NCBI GenBank assembly: GCA_976551045.1
Contig: CDPCPM010000367.1
Coordinates: 744,001-808,000, forward strand
Origin: Glaucostegus cemiculus
Lineage: Eukaryota
DNA length: 64,000 nucleotides
Reading direction: 5' to 3'
The position numbers and the translations under genes were made by a program. Every line of letters begins with the position of its first letter. Within the stretch, counting starts at the first letter, position 1. The notes below the pieces were generated by a model. The model was given only the letters and a program-made list of their open reading frames with translations. It was not told where the DNA came from and ran no database searches. This document shows, in pieces, positions 51,166 to 64,000 of this stretch.

Positions 51166-53687
51166 CTCGTACTTTTAAGTCATGAAAATCGGAGTTCACA
51201 TCTGCTTTTTGGCATAAGGACAATATACTTTCATTTTAGTTAACATGCTAATGCAACACATTTTGCATCTGATAAATTATATCAATTCAGAACTGTCCTT
51301 TCAGAAGATAACTAGGGTGCTGTGAACAAGCCATAAACAATGCTGTTGTATATTTAGAAGTTTTACACCCCAATCACATTAGCCAAAGAGAGAGTGAACA
51401 TATCAGTCTGAATGCACAGATGTAGAAGCCATGTCTTACACAAACACCTTTTTGTTTAGATCCAAGGTGCACTATCTGACCCACTAGTTTGGCCGTCCAT
51501 CACCAGATTTGACTGGGTTAGCACTATTGGGCATCTCTCTCTCCTTTGACAAAATAGTCCAGTACATCAGGATAATCTTGGAGAATGAAGTTAATTCATG
51601 ATTTTTCTCCACCATCAACCTTCGCTTAAGATCCCTCACTTAAAAACGTGGGCAGCATATGGACACCTTTTCCACAGAGGATAAACCCCTTTAATCTGCA
51701 GCTCAGATCTTTGCTGATTTCTTTACAATAACACCCCTTCTAAGCTGACTCAGGCTCCTGCTACATTTCATTAACAAAAATTTGATGACCCAGTTTTCTT
51801 GATGACAATGACAACTGATACTGTGCTTCACTCCCATCTCTTTCAAGACTTTCTTCCCCCCCAAAGTGCACCAGTGATCCTTTTTCCTCTTCAGAGGAAT
51901 AGCTTTTTACCTCTCAAATGCACATTCTGCAATACTTAATTTTAATCTTTTGAACCAGAGCCAGCCCTACCATACCACTATCAAATGGAGTCACATACAG
52001 TATCCACATTACCTCATTATGCCTTCTAGTCCTCATTACAGTTGTTGAGCAGGCTTCAGATTTTTCCTGTTAAACCTAGCCTCTCATCACTGGATTCCAT
52101 TCTAATCCGTCAAACTCAGTGATTCCCTATCAATATATTGAAATTGTGCATGCTGTTCCATGTGCCCGCTGTCCTTTTTCTCCTAGAAGGCAGAGGTCAT
52201 ACAAGATATTCATGGGGTGCCCTGTTAATTATTTAGTTGTCCACTACCATTTAGGATGGGGTGTAGCATGACAGTAGAACTTTGGATCAGTGGGATCTCT
52301 TAGCTCCATCAATTGTTCATCTTGCACATAGAATGCTTTAATAATTTCACTAGGCTTCAATCTCATTTTTTTTAAGGTATACCTTAAGCTGTTCCTGACA
52401 TGCTCCTCTTTACTCCTCACTGAACCATGATTGTTCTCCTGGCTTGAAAACAATCAGCAATGGAGATTCTGGGTTATAAAATGACATTTTTTTTATTCAG
52501 AAGGAAAAAATGCCACAGAAAGTTCACCATTTATTGCCCAAACCTATTTGCTCCTTGTATAACAGAAATAAATCAGCATATAGACAGAGGAACACTTCTG
52601 TTTAATGACCTCTATCAATTCTTTTAAATTAAAATACTAAGATTTGAACCTGTATTTCTGATGTATAGCCCAGGCTTATGGATACTCTAATAACATAACC
52701 CCATGGTATCATTTCATTAACTGCTGCAACTTGAATTTATGTGCAGCCAAATGGCCAACTTTTACATACATATCTTTTTGTATCAGCAGATTGCTTGTGT
52801 CATCCAGACTTCAAGGAGCCAGAATTTCCTCCATTCAAATATTGTCAAAAATTCACCTTCCGCTCCCTTTACAAACATTCCACTAACTCCATCCAAATAC
52901 ACCAATTCTTCTCACAAAGAATGCCTTCTACATTATTATTTGCAATTCTTCAGACCACTTGCCATTAAATCCTTCACCAATATCTTTGATATCCGGAGCC
53001 TCTATTTCATTGCATTCCTGTTCAAATCCTTGTCTTTCAGTTACTTAATCATTCCTTTCAGTAACCTACCAAACAGCTGAAGGATTTTAATTTGTGTATA
53101 TCCTCTCTCCCTTTTTTAATCATATCATTAATGGCTACAAATTCACTTCAGCCTCACACCAGGAAATTCATTGCCCTCTTGCAAGCTGCTTGACCTCCTT
53201 TAAAACTACACAAGACTCACTTAACATTTTGGATGGACATCCAAAAGTACTGAGTGGCTCTGCTTATAATAAAAAGAATAAAAGACTGCACTTTGGGTGT
53301 AGGCAATTTTGGCTCATCACCATAAACATCTGTAGTTTCAGTGGAATGTCAAAGCTGTTCAAAATCTAAACTTATTTTTTTTTTGTAGAGCTGAGTCAAG
53401 CTACATGGATTCAAATAATCAAATGTGAACTGTACTAACTGTTACATCTTCAACCTCTTCCAAAATCATCTCATCCTTTCAAGATTTTACTATTGCAAAT
53501 TATTGCTCTAGACAAAATGATTAAGAACATCATTTTCAAGCCTTTTTAAAATATAACTGCTGTAGTAACGGTCATGCATCTTGGAATACATCATATAATG
53601 GAGGTGGGAGCATGCAGGAACTTCCTAACCCAGTTTATCTAAATGCTTTTCCTCCAAACCTGCAAAATAGAGAAGCTGAAATCTTAC

Positions 53688-53807
53688 CTGGTCACTAAGA
53701 GTGCACTGCTCTGTGCATATATCTGTTATGAGGTTGCGGGCTTGCTTAGCCATTTCATCAAGGAACATGTTGCACAGTGAGAGACTACGATCTCCAATGT
53801 GATGCCT
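53688..53807 (-). CDS. NCKAP1: NCKAP1 coding exon (~exon 18, 120 nt)
   Basis: [40 protein letters not shown]; acceptor TTTATAG, donor CAG|GTAAGA. Confidence 0.97.
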
Positions 53808-56378
53808 CTATAAATTAATAAAAGTTGTGAGTGACAAATGCATTCAGAATACATGTACCCTGCATTGAATGCAAATGGGCTTAATCTATATGGGAATTAA
53901 TTATACCATTTCAAATATACAACCTCAATTTAAAACATTATTCCAATGATTCATCCACACACCCAAAATCCCCGAGGAAACTGCTGCTTGGTACGTACAC
54001 AATATCTTAATGTCCGAATCAGAAATTGATCCAGAAACAATAACACAGCTGTATTTCTTTTTGACACTGTATTAAACCGAAAGTGACAACATCCTTAGTT
54101 CAACCCCCAAAGTTTGCCATCCAAAGATGTGCTCTTGCAGAACCCAGTGATACAATTAGGTGAAAGTGTGGTAAATGGAACATAGTATTTCAAATGATCA
54201 ATTTTTATCTGTTGAAGTAAAACAGTGTAACACTGGTGGGGATAATCCACAAAGGGGTGACAACACACCCACTGCAAGAACTTATCCAAGGAATGAATTT
54301 GTTTGCACTTGTCAAGCTAGGCTAAAACACATGAATAAACATGTGGAGTACTGTGCAGCAACCTTGACATTGAATCTTTTCAATGATGAAAGCAAGCTTT
54401 TGAGGTATGATTTTCTAGATCATGCTTATGTTTCTTTCCAGCAAGACACTAGCTAATACTGAATGTACTTGGGCATCTATTACTGGTTTAATTGTCCTTT
54501 GATCGAGTGACAAATTAAAACTTCTGAAATTCTTCTGTGTAAAGAATGCATTATTTAAGGATCTGTAAGTATCTATATAGTAAAGACCTTAAATCTTGCA
54601 ACTAGATTAAATTAGTTGTCAATTTCATGGTACATCAAAGTAGAAAGCCCAATCAAATAGCAAACACAAATACAGCTTGTTGACAATAAATATGGACAAG
54701 TCACTAACTGCATGAAGTAGGAAACCATTCAAAACAAATATGTAGCTTTTGAAAAATTATATATTTTTTTTAAACAATCATGGTCAACAACTGGAGCAAA
54801 CAATAGTTCCATCTGAACAACTACCTGTGGCCACTTCCCAAATATTTTTTTCCACTTTGCTCAAGATGCCAATGGTACACACTTTTCATGAATCAAGCCT
54901 TACTCCTTACTGTGCATGGCAGTTCTTAGCCTAAAATCTTTGTGTCTACCTATTAACTAGATTACTGAATAATATTTGGTACATAACTGAGACCCCACAA
55001 ATGTAAAGCAACAAGATCTTGTCTAATCATCTGGAGAATTACAGAAAATAGTATTGTGAGGCATCTGGTTTTTTACCTACTCTGTAAATGTTGAACTAAA
55101 AAGGTATGATCTCGTGATCAATACAATAGCAAGACAGAATCTATATAGAATCAGGAGCAAATCCCATCATGCCTGTTAACTGATGTAGGAATTTTCAACG
55201 GCATTGTTTACCTTAACAATCATTTTATCTGGCATCATAGTCTGGGATCTAAAACATCAACCAACAAGCTTCATTTCCAGCAGAAAATGTGGAAATGCTC
55301 AGATCAGGTTGAAGAACCTGTCTGTTTCTCTTCCCAAAGATACAGTCTGTCCTGTTGAATATTTACAACACTTTTTATTTTAGATTTACAGCATCAACAG
55401 TTTTTCTGATTTTTGTATTTCAATTCTAAGCCTGAGTAAGGCATCTTCTATGAATGCAATCTCCCTGTAATACAGAACTTTTTTTTTTAAAATAGATCCC
55501 GTCTTATTACCACCAAAAATGATGGAAGAGGTCACAGGAGACTGTGGGGCATTACACTGCTGATTACTACTGGAGGCAAAAAGATTTATTTTGTTTGAAC
55601 ATAAGATTTTCATAAATTACAGCTTACAAGTTCCCAAATGAATTTCAGCTGCTTGGTTTTGCCTCTGTATTCCAGGCATTATAAAAAAACACATCATCCA
55701 GAGATATTAAATTTTGTGATGCACTTTGACCACAGAATATCATGTTTGCAAATACCTTGCATGGAGGATAAACAGCATGTCCCAGATGCTGTTCCTGAAC
55801 CTATCCAAACTTCCTCACTATTCTCAACAATCTCACGTAGTCCCATCCTTATTTCTCCTTGCATCCTCCACCCCAGCCTCAGCATCATACACCTGAAACT
55901 TAAAATACATCTGATACTGTTCACAGTGGGACTGCCTGTGCTGACCTCCCCACTTCTTACATTCAATAGCTGCAGATCACTTCTAATTCTGAGCCCTGTC
56001 ATTGACACCTATACTGCACGGCACATGAGCATCACAGCTGATATTGCAAATAAGACTATTAATGAAGATTTTCATCATTTTCAAATGTTTCCAGAGCCTT
56101 AACCCTTCCAGGTTTCTCCAGACCTCCTCTTTTAATGTTGCAATCTATGACTTTTTCCACCATCCTGGAAGCCCCTCCCATGCTTTAAAATTCTCCCAGA
56201 GGACTTTTATTTCAAATCTCACTTTAGCCTTCTTCTGTTCTCAGTTTTTTGCTTGCTTCTCACGTGTTCAACGAGGTACTTGGAGAATTCTAATGAGTGT
56301 TTCTTAAACGCAAGCTATTGTCCAAACACTTTGAAATTGGGCACTTAATGTAACAAATCCTGTGGGTTATGAACACAG

Positions 56379-57101
56379 TTCATAAAACGAAAAGGACAAC
56401 CCTCTGCTCGCATGGAAGACTCAAAATCTGAAATTTCTCCACATTTAAAATGTTGGCAGACAGCCATCAACTTAATGCTCCTCATGAGTGGTTTGAAGAA
56501 CGGTGGCAAGGTGTTGCTGCTCAGATGAAGCAGTGTTAAACCTTCCCTGTTGCTTTAAAATCACTGCTCAACTACTTCATGTCTGATTGAAAGCAATTAT
56601 AACAGCTGTGACTGCCCCTTATGGCTCCAAGAAAGATAAACCTCTTGACTGGACAAATTCCAGTTTTTAAAAATTATGTTCCATCTGTAATAAATGTAAT
56701 GAATAATACAAGGCACATAGCAACCTATCTTTTTTCTTCGACATCTTGACTGAATTATCTAAGGCACTTTAACTATCTTCAAATTCTGAGAAGTTGGATT
56801 AGTGCAGGGACTTTAATACTAGACTTCTCTTCTGTTGAATGTTGCAAGGTATCAGATACAAAGGAGAGTTTTTGTTTTAAAAATGAAGATGTTCAGTTGT
56901 GGCTAATGTAAGCAATTTGTCTGTCTGAAGAGATAATGCACCTATCCTAACATACCCTAAATTATCTGGTCAGATCTTGCAAAACTTGGAACCCAATTCA
57001 TAAAATGAAAAGGACATCCCTCAGTTGTGTGGAAGACTCATTTAATTTGTGAAATTTCTCCACATTAAAAACTTTGGCAGACAGTCATCAACTTAAGGCT
57101 C
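56379..57101. repeat. Two diverged ~100-bp direct repeats (56379-56480 and 56997-57101)
   Basis: Both copies contain ttcataaaaYgaaaaggaca, tggaagactca, tgaaatttctccacatt, ttggcagacagYcatcaacttaa. Confidence 0.9.
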
Positions 57102-59335
57102 TGGAGAATCAATGCTGCAAATACCGAGACAGAACTGTAGTAAAAAGCCTCAGGGTGTGGATGGAGCTTTGAGCCCGAGTCAAGTGCTCAGTGCAACTGC
57201 CTATTGTCATGGATTGGTGGGTGTCAGGGGGTATTCAATACAAAAAGAGCTAATTTCATTGTCAAACTATTAATAAGTTGTCTTTTCATTCAATTTGTTA
57301 GGAATTCCTCCAGTACCCTATCAAAGACAACTATTGCAATTGTCATTTGATGATTAATATGGGCTCGACTTCAACATAAACATGTTTGATTACTCCAGCA
57401 AAAACATTGGTAGTGATTACAAGTATAACCACACCATTCCATAAAGCATTATGGTATAACCCACTGCTGCTGGATGATCCAGCCTGCAATGGATTTTCAT
57501 CATGGGACACTGGTTAACTAAGAAAAGGGTCGTGCAATTTTTTTGGCAGCTGATTATAACTGGAAAACAAACTGCATAAGGGTTGGGCTCATTGGAAGTG
57601 TTGATCAACCAAATGCCTTCATGTGTCTGGAACAAATGTCAACATTTTCCAACCACTAACTTCATATGTGCAATGGATTTCCCGTATGGGAAAATAATAA
57701 GCAACAGGAATGTTTAAAAGGCATGACAAAGAACTCTAGAAAAACACAAAACAAGATTTTTGTAATATTTTGACCAAAAGATTAATATTCAACCTTTATC
57801 TTGCTAGGCAGAGGTCATGATTAACCACTCAAACAGGTTTACTTAAACAGTTGATTTCTACTGGTCATGACTCTTCAGGCCCAGAGAGGGAACCTACCAT
57901 CATAATTTTTCTGCATTTTGGATGTGGGGTACAAAATATGCTGTTCCCATCTAGAAATAGTGGCCTCAATGACTCCTGCCTGGATGCAAATAGAATTTTA
58001 ATGGTAAAGAGCCTCCATGAAGGTAAATTACCATCTGCCAAACTAACATTGAACGTTCTGAATGAGTGCTTTATGACCAGCCTTATACAACTGGCAAATA
58101 TCAATTAGCACTCATTGATGCAGATACTTTCACCATTCAAAACTGGTGTTTCCTGTACAGTCGCTGACCCTGATAGTTCCTTCACAGAACAGAATTGGTG
58201 CTTTATAGAATATAGTATTAAAAAGTCAGTGTGACACTACCTATCCACATCAAATAATGGCATTAGTGCATTTATTACAAGTACTTTTCTCAAAGCCAGT
58301 CTTTACTCAAAGTGAATAACTAATAATTGTGTTGCTTTTCCAACAAAGCAACTGTTCCCTCAAACCACTCACATAAGAAACAGATTTACCTATGTCAATA
58401 CAAATGTATTATTAAAACATGGGCAGACACTAAAGAAGGTACTTAGCAAAATGTGGAACCAAAGCAGCTCCAGTAGGTTTTCACCATAGCTTTAAACTTT
58501 GTATTTATCAATGCAGGAGTGGTACAAAAATACATCATTCTCACAAGATTATAGCTGGAAAAAAACAAAACAAAAGCTTAGTTATATCACCCCTGTTTTT
58601 ACAGTTTGGACCACTGAACTCAAGTCTTTAATGTGTACTTTTTAGGAATAATTAAACACATTAAGCTATTTCTGTCTTTGCTCTATGTTGGATACACCCT
58701 CAGCTTTGTGTTCTGTCAGGGGCAGTCATGGCATTTTTGATCTGGGGTTCTGCACTCTACAGTCAGAGCTCTGCATGATGTTGAACTCTGAAATGCAAAA
58801 GACCAACACAATGCACCCTCTGCATTCCTTCCAGATTAAGTGTGGGTGTGTAGAGACAACAGGCAACAATAAGAGTTGGCATCCATGGTCTGGGAGGAAC
58901 AAGGGCAAGTTCTTTCAATGGGTGTGCAAGAGATCCTTTAAAAAAAGTTTTGAGATGTTGTAGAATAGGTTACTGATCAAAGCAGAACTTATGATAAAAT
59001 TTGTTTTGAAAAGTGGTTTTAGGAAAAGGAAAAAAAGGATATGGGAATAGGAGCACAAGTTTAAGACAAACCCTCATGAACACCTACCTGGACCAAACAG
59101 CCTATTTCGTGCTTCAAAGTTTATGCAATATGTTTAAGTGAAGAGCAAGAGAAAGAATCATGTGGAATTTCAATTCTGGCAACATCACATAGCTCAATGG
59201 GCTGGAATACTCAGCATGTCACAAATAAAAGGGAACATTACAGCAAGTATCCATAAGACTTATTGACAGATGCACTCTTGTTAACCATTAAAGAACCTGG
59301 TATTTTGAAACACAAACAAATGAAAAAATTCTTAC

Positions 59336-59468
59336 CTCTTCAGGGCACAATTCATGAGTGCAGCTCATGAAATGAGTGCAAACCAGTGGGAAAGCAATTG
59401 AATATCGTGATTGAGAGGGCAACTCCAAACACTGATGAAACATCTTTTCAAAAGCACGACTGTAAAAG
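59336..59468 (-). CDS. NCKAP1: NCKAP1 coding exon (~exon 17, 133 nt)
   Basis: (C)[44 protein letters not shown]; acceptor TTCCTTAAG, donor GAG|GTAAGA. Confidence 0.96.
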
Positions 59469-60753
59469 CTTAAGGAAATGACACCATTTCAGTATATTTA
59501 TAAACAATTCCATACAACCTAATAATCAAAACAATCACCTACTTAAACCTCATCAAATAAAATTTTCTCCAAAGTTGTTCAACATTGGTTTTAATATTTA
59601 GAGAAAAGAGCAACTGTGAAGATCACATTTTAGAAATGTACATATTTACAAAATGTTCTAGACTTCTAATATTAATGTACTTTTTGGATAAGGAATGGAA
59701 ATTAAGATTGCACTAATGAGTTATTTTTAAATGAGCAACAAAGCATGGTGTCTGTTTTGTGCACTAGTATTGTAAGATAAATCTGACATTTTTCATGGTA
59801 CCATTGATTGGCATAAATCATGCAAGAGCAAGACTTTATGGTATTAATTGTTTTTCAGCTCAGTTACATATTTTAAACTATCCCATGACATAGAGAACAG
59901 ATGGCTGACAAAGTGGGTGGTATCTCAGGGAAAAAAAACATTCTGTACTAGTGTCTTTGAGTTTGAAACCAGTCAATGAGTTGCAAGTACCTGGATCAAA
60001 GCTGGTGAAATGTGTGGTGAACCAGCAATCTGAGGCCATAGGAGCAGATTAGAAATAAAACTGTTCATGTGTACTAGCTAGTCATTTTACTTACAATATT
60101 ATTCCAGACAGAAGAGGACAGAGATCACATAAATATCTATAAAACAAAACCTATGAAATATAATCACATGTACATCAGTAACAGACAAGGAATCTGGCAA
60201 AATAATAAAACAGAAAGGGAGAGGGGTCGGGTTGGAGGGGTGGAAAAAAGACTGGAGAAATAAATGATGGGAATGATAAAGAAAGAGAGAGGGTTCACAT
60301 TAAGGACACTTCACAAGGTTCCCGTTTTCCTCTCATCCTGTCTTATCCTAAAGATGGCATTGTTGGCAATGCAACACTCCCTCATTTGTACACAAAAAAT
60401 ATCAAGTAGATCCTTTTCTCATAACACAAAATGCTGACTCATGTAGATACACATGATAGTACACAAACATTTGTCTTTACCTTACTGGAAAAACTCAGGT
60501 TAAATATTTAAACAGTTCATATAGTAACAAAAGTTATTTTCAATGTTTTGATTTGTCAAGCATGGTGTAGAAATGATGTCAAGGTAAACAAATAGCCATT
60601 ACATTTGCTCAAATGCAATTCTCATGAGTTCATTCAGATGGCTTAAATTTTGAGCCCCCATTAAGTTCTTAAAAGACAGACCTGGTCTGTTCTGGTCTGC
60701 TACTTAGAAGCAGTAAAGCCAACTTGATAAGATTCAAAAACAAAATAACTTAC

Positions 60754-60899
60754 CAGAAGATTGAAAGGTCTGAAGTTTCTACCAGCATTTCAACCAAAGA
60801 ATCTACCATTTTTGTGTGAAAAATAATAGTGTTCATCATCTTTCCTAGTTCCTTGTGATCTGATAGATTAAGAGAAGCCTTTGAAACGCTGGTATAAGC
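60754..60899 (-). CDS. NCKAP1: NCKAP1 coding exon (~exon 16, 146 nt)
   Basis: [48 protein letters not shown](C); acceptor TTTACAG, donor TG|GTAAGT. Confidence 0.97.
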
Positions 60900-61354
60900 C
60901 TGTAAACAAAATATGCATTTTCTTGATTCAAGCCTACTGATGGAGAAACAAACCTATGGTTAAGATTTCTTTGCTAACTCAACACCCGCCCACCCCAGCT
61001 TAAACATATTTAACTTGTAGAAATATGGTTTCACAAGTTATGTGCAGTTCCAGTGAAGTAGCTATAAATGCTCTAGCATAAAGAGGGCAACGATTACTTT
61101 TGTTTAATGTCTTAAGGTGCTGTGTCACTCTAAAAGATATTCTCATAGGTTTCTCATTGTTTGTATCCCCTTTAAAACTGCACTGTTAGTATTGATTCTC
61201 ATTGTTCTTCCTCCCAAGATGTGTTACCTCATACAGCTGTGTCAAATTTCATTTGCTAGGAGTCTGACCATTTTAGAGTCTCTTAACATAATCCTCAATA
61301 TAATTCACTGAAGCCCCAAATACTCAACCATTCAGTGCTTAAAAAAAAATCAAA

Positions 61355-61475
61355 AACCTGCAGGTGCTGGAAATCTGGATTAAAAAACAGAAAATACTAT
61401 AAATACTCAGGTCAAGCAGCATCTGCAAAGAAAAAAATAGTTAACATTTCAGGACAAAAGACCTTAATCATTCGC
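61355..61475 (-). mobile_element. Short Penelope-terminus-derived element
   Basis: tgcaggtgctggaaatctg...aaatactcaggtcaagcagcatctg...gttaacatttcagg..aagacct; similar pieces at about 55280-55395 and 62915-63000. Confidence 0.65.
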
Positions 61476-62319
61476 TGCTACTCTTCACTTTCTATCCCTC
61501 AGACAATTTTGCCACTCACCCTTTGCTGCATTAACTTTATAGGATTCCATTATTGGCACTTAAAATATGGCAGGACAGTAAATACCTTTAGCAAGTTCAA
61601 ATTCACGGCATTAGCTACACTGCAATTACTTCCAAGAGCCAAATCAAGTGTGGGTGAAATCTTGGCCACATCCAAGTTCTTTTGATTGCTGTGGACTTAC
61701 TCCAGTTTATTGGATAATTAGCCTTAATGTCCTAAATAAGCTGCCTTAGGTCATATCAGAAGTCTAAGGAAGATCTGTGGCTAACCAGTTAATCAAAGTA
61801 CAAAATTTCACAATGCCATAGGCTTGTGCTCATTTATAAAGTATACAACATTACAAAGCTACCAATTTAAAGCAAGTGAAACATTAAATGTATAGTCAAA
61901 GATTATAAGTCTTCAAACTGAATAGCATTGGAAAGACACCAATTATTCAACAAGTGTGCCACCCTAAGGAAACCCAAACTATTCACCAACTCTAAAACAG
62001 GTGCAGAAGTCATGGAGACAATTACTCTGCAAAACTGTAAAATATCCTTAAAAATCCTGCACTAGGGTTTTTTAAATGGCATCCTAAGGCACAATAGTTA
62101 CATAACACATTTAGTGACCATTAAGCAATTTTGCATTGTAATTCACTAAAAGGATTTTTTAAAAATAAAAGCTTATGATATTTTAACCATGTGTAATACC
62201 CAATATTTAGTTTTGTTTAAAAATAAATTTTCTTTTTAATTTCTGAAAGATGGTACTTTTAAGAATTCTTTCCTGTGACAGGCTGCTCAACCAGCTTGAT
62301 CAAGTAGATTTAAAACAGA

Positions 62320-62870
62320 AAATATAAAGTAGGCTACTCTGCACTTCAAACCTGCTCGGCCATTCAACAAAATCATGTCTGATTGAAATCATACCTACCC
62401 CCTTAATTCCTTTCATATCCAGAAATTGACTGATCTGTGTTGAGTGCAATCACTGAGCCTCTACATCCCTCTAGCGGAGGGAGTTGTAAAAATTCACCAT
62501 CAAGCAAGTGAAAAAAACTTGCCCTAATTTTGAGACTGTGACCACTAAATAACCCAAGTTAGGGGATGACACCTCTCTCATACCTACCCTACATTCTACT
62601 AAACTCCACAGAAAAGGCCTAGCCTACTCAATTTCTTCTTATATGACAGACCCACCATCCCAGGAATCGGTCTAGTGACTATTATAGAGCAAGTTATATC
62701 CCTTTTTGGCTAAGGACAGCAAAACTGCGTACAATATTTGTCATCGTCTAACCAAGCCCTCTTTAGCTGGTACTCCTTTTGCCACATTGTTATTGATAGC
62801 CAAGTGAATGGCTGTTATGAAATCTCTGCATCCTCATCACTCACATCCCATTTAGTTTTGTCATTAATAA
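62320..62870 (-). mobile_element. Old CR1 LINE 3' portion
   Basis: Tail cctgctcggccattcaacaaaatcatgtctgat; cccaggaatcggtctagtga; aaaactgcgtacaatatt...gtctaaccaag. Confidence 0.7.
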
Positions 62871-64000
62871 CCTTGGAAATGAAAAAAAAACATATTTGCT
62901 TGAAATTTCAAATATAAACAAAATGCTGAAAACATTCACAATCTGAGACATTTCTTTCCATAGATGCTACTGAATGTTTCCAGCAAGTTTTGACTTTTTC
63001 CAGGTTTTTTGGTATATTCATGCATTAGGGTTAGGGTTTGAAATTTGATAATAGAGGCAGTGGAAAAGGCAAGTTTCACACTACAGAAATCAATCTTTGT
63101 GAGGAGTTTTATTTTGTCAGTGCTTATTACAAAGTTTGAGCCAGTTTGTTACAAATTCTCAGCAAGAGTGTAGACTCAGCAAATGGGCGTTTTTGACAAG
63201 AACTATGGCAAAATATCAAACCGCCTTTTTCCTAACACCTTTCCATAACAATGTGGTCATTTTTCTTGGTTTCCAGCATTTTTAATTTTTTCTCTTCAGA
63301 TTAACCTTATAATGCTCAAAATCACAATTGGCTGTTTTGTCATAATCAGATGGAAGTATTAAGACACACAATAGTGATCACTTAATTATGTGAGAAAATA
63401 TCAAGATCACAAGATAATGGAGCAGAAGCAGGCCAGTCGGCCCATCGAGTCTGCTCCAAAGGGAAGGGAGGGTGGGGAAAAAGAGGATAAGAGAAAAAAA
63501 AATCCAAATGAAATTGCATTTATAGAAGGGAAGAAAACAACTTGAAATATATCCACTTCAATGGCTTGCAATTTCATAGCATAAACTGCATTTTGGCAAT
63601 AATTCAATTTGATATGTACTGAAATCTCAAATCATTATCTGATTTATATTGAATATGATAATTTAACCTTTCTTCAGTGCTTTAACTATTCTGTAATGCA
63701 GCAGTTTGGCCACCAATAAGTATCCTAATAATATAAACAAGGATGAGGCAGGTCAGAAAGCCCAGCTGATATATTAAGCAAATTAAATTTTAGTTGTAAA
63801 CTAAATGCCTGATCATCAATAGAAGAACATTACACTTATCCACCAACTGATACGTACTTCCTGAACATGCTTACTACCTCAAGAACATAAGCAGCATCTT
63901 ATTAGCTGTAGAACTTTTAATTGCATCATACTTTAAAATTCAATGAACCTTTAAGTTCAAATCTGAAATTCATCTAAAATATATATTTTTTAAAAAAGCA

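Larger units (their letters stand above)
1093..60899 (-). other. NCKAP1: NCKAP1 gene, 3' half (16 coding exons, C-terminal 634 aa); the 5' part lies outside the window
   Basis: Joined exons give an uninterrupted 1905-nt frame from AYTSVSK... to ...KQSVTSSA*, which I recognise as vertebrate NCKAP1. All 15 introns are GT..AG with consistent phases. Confidence 0.98.

Noticed and set aside
50700-51223. Five overlapping ORFs of 72-144 aa
   Set aside because: Explained by stop-codon scarcity in GC-rich DNA; low-complexity peptides with no recognisable domain.
55638-56102. 154-aa ORF, the longest in the track
   Set aside because: No recognisable motifs; it overlaps what looks like a decayed minus-strand LINE remnant.
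63025-63036. (TTAGGG)2 telomere-like repeat
   Set aside because: Two units only, too short to call an interstitial telomere.
60900-64000. Search for the preceding exon ([20 protein letters not shown])
   Set aside because: Not found by eye; it presumably lies beyond the window.

Overview
AT-rich vertebrate genomic DNA. The repeat content (HER1/CR1-type LINEs, a tRNA-derived HE1/V-SINE, Penelope-like elements) points to a cartilaginous fish (shark or ray); this is an inference. The whole window is the 3' half of NCKAP1 (Nap1/HEM2, a WAVE regulatory complex subunit) on the minus strand. I traced 16 consecutive coding exons by hand (equivalent to human exons 16-31; 1905 nt = 634 aa + TAA stop at 1093-1095). 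All introns are GT-AG with matching phases, and a 3'UTR runs toward position 1. Upstream exons lie beyond 64000. Introns are packed with decayed CR1-clade LINEs, Penelope-like elements and their short derivatives, SINEs, Rex/Babar-type tails and a pogo/Tigger-like MITE. I see no second host gene and no prokaryotic-type system; nearly all other ORFs in the track are TE remnants or noise. The most interesting observations are a series of fossil hammerhead-ribozyme motifs in Penelope termini, a head-to-head fusion of two LINE 3' ends, a CpG-rich structured element with a Rex-type tail, and candidate splicing/polyadenylation control signals (34-nt poison exon, +9 alternative acceptor, U1 site before a proximal polyA signal). 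TE family names and boundaries come from motif recognition by eye and are approximate.
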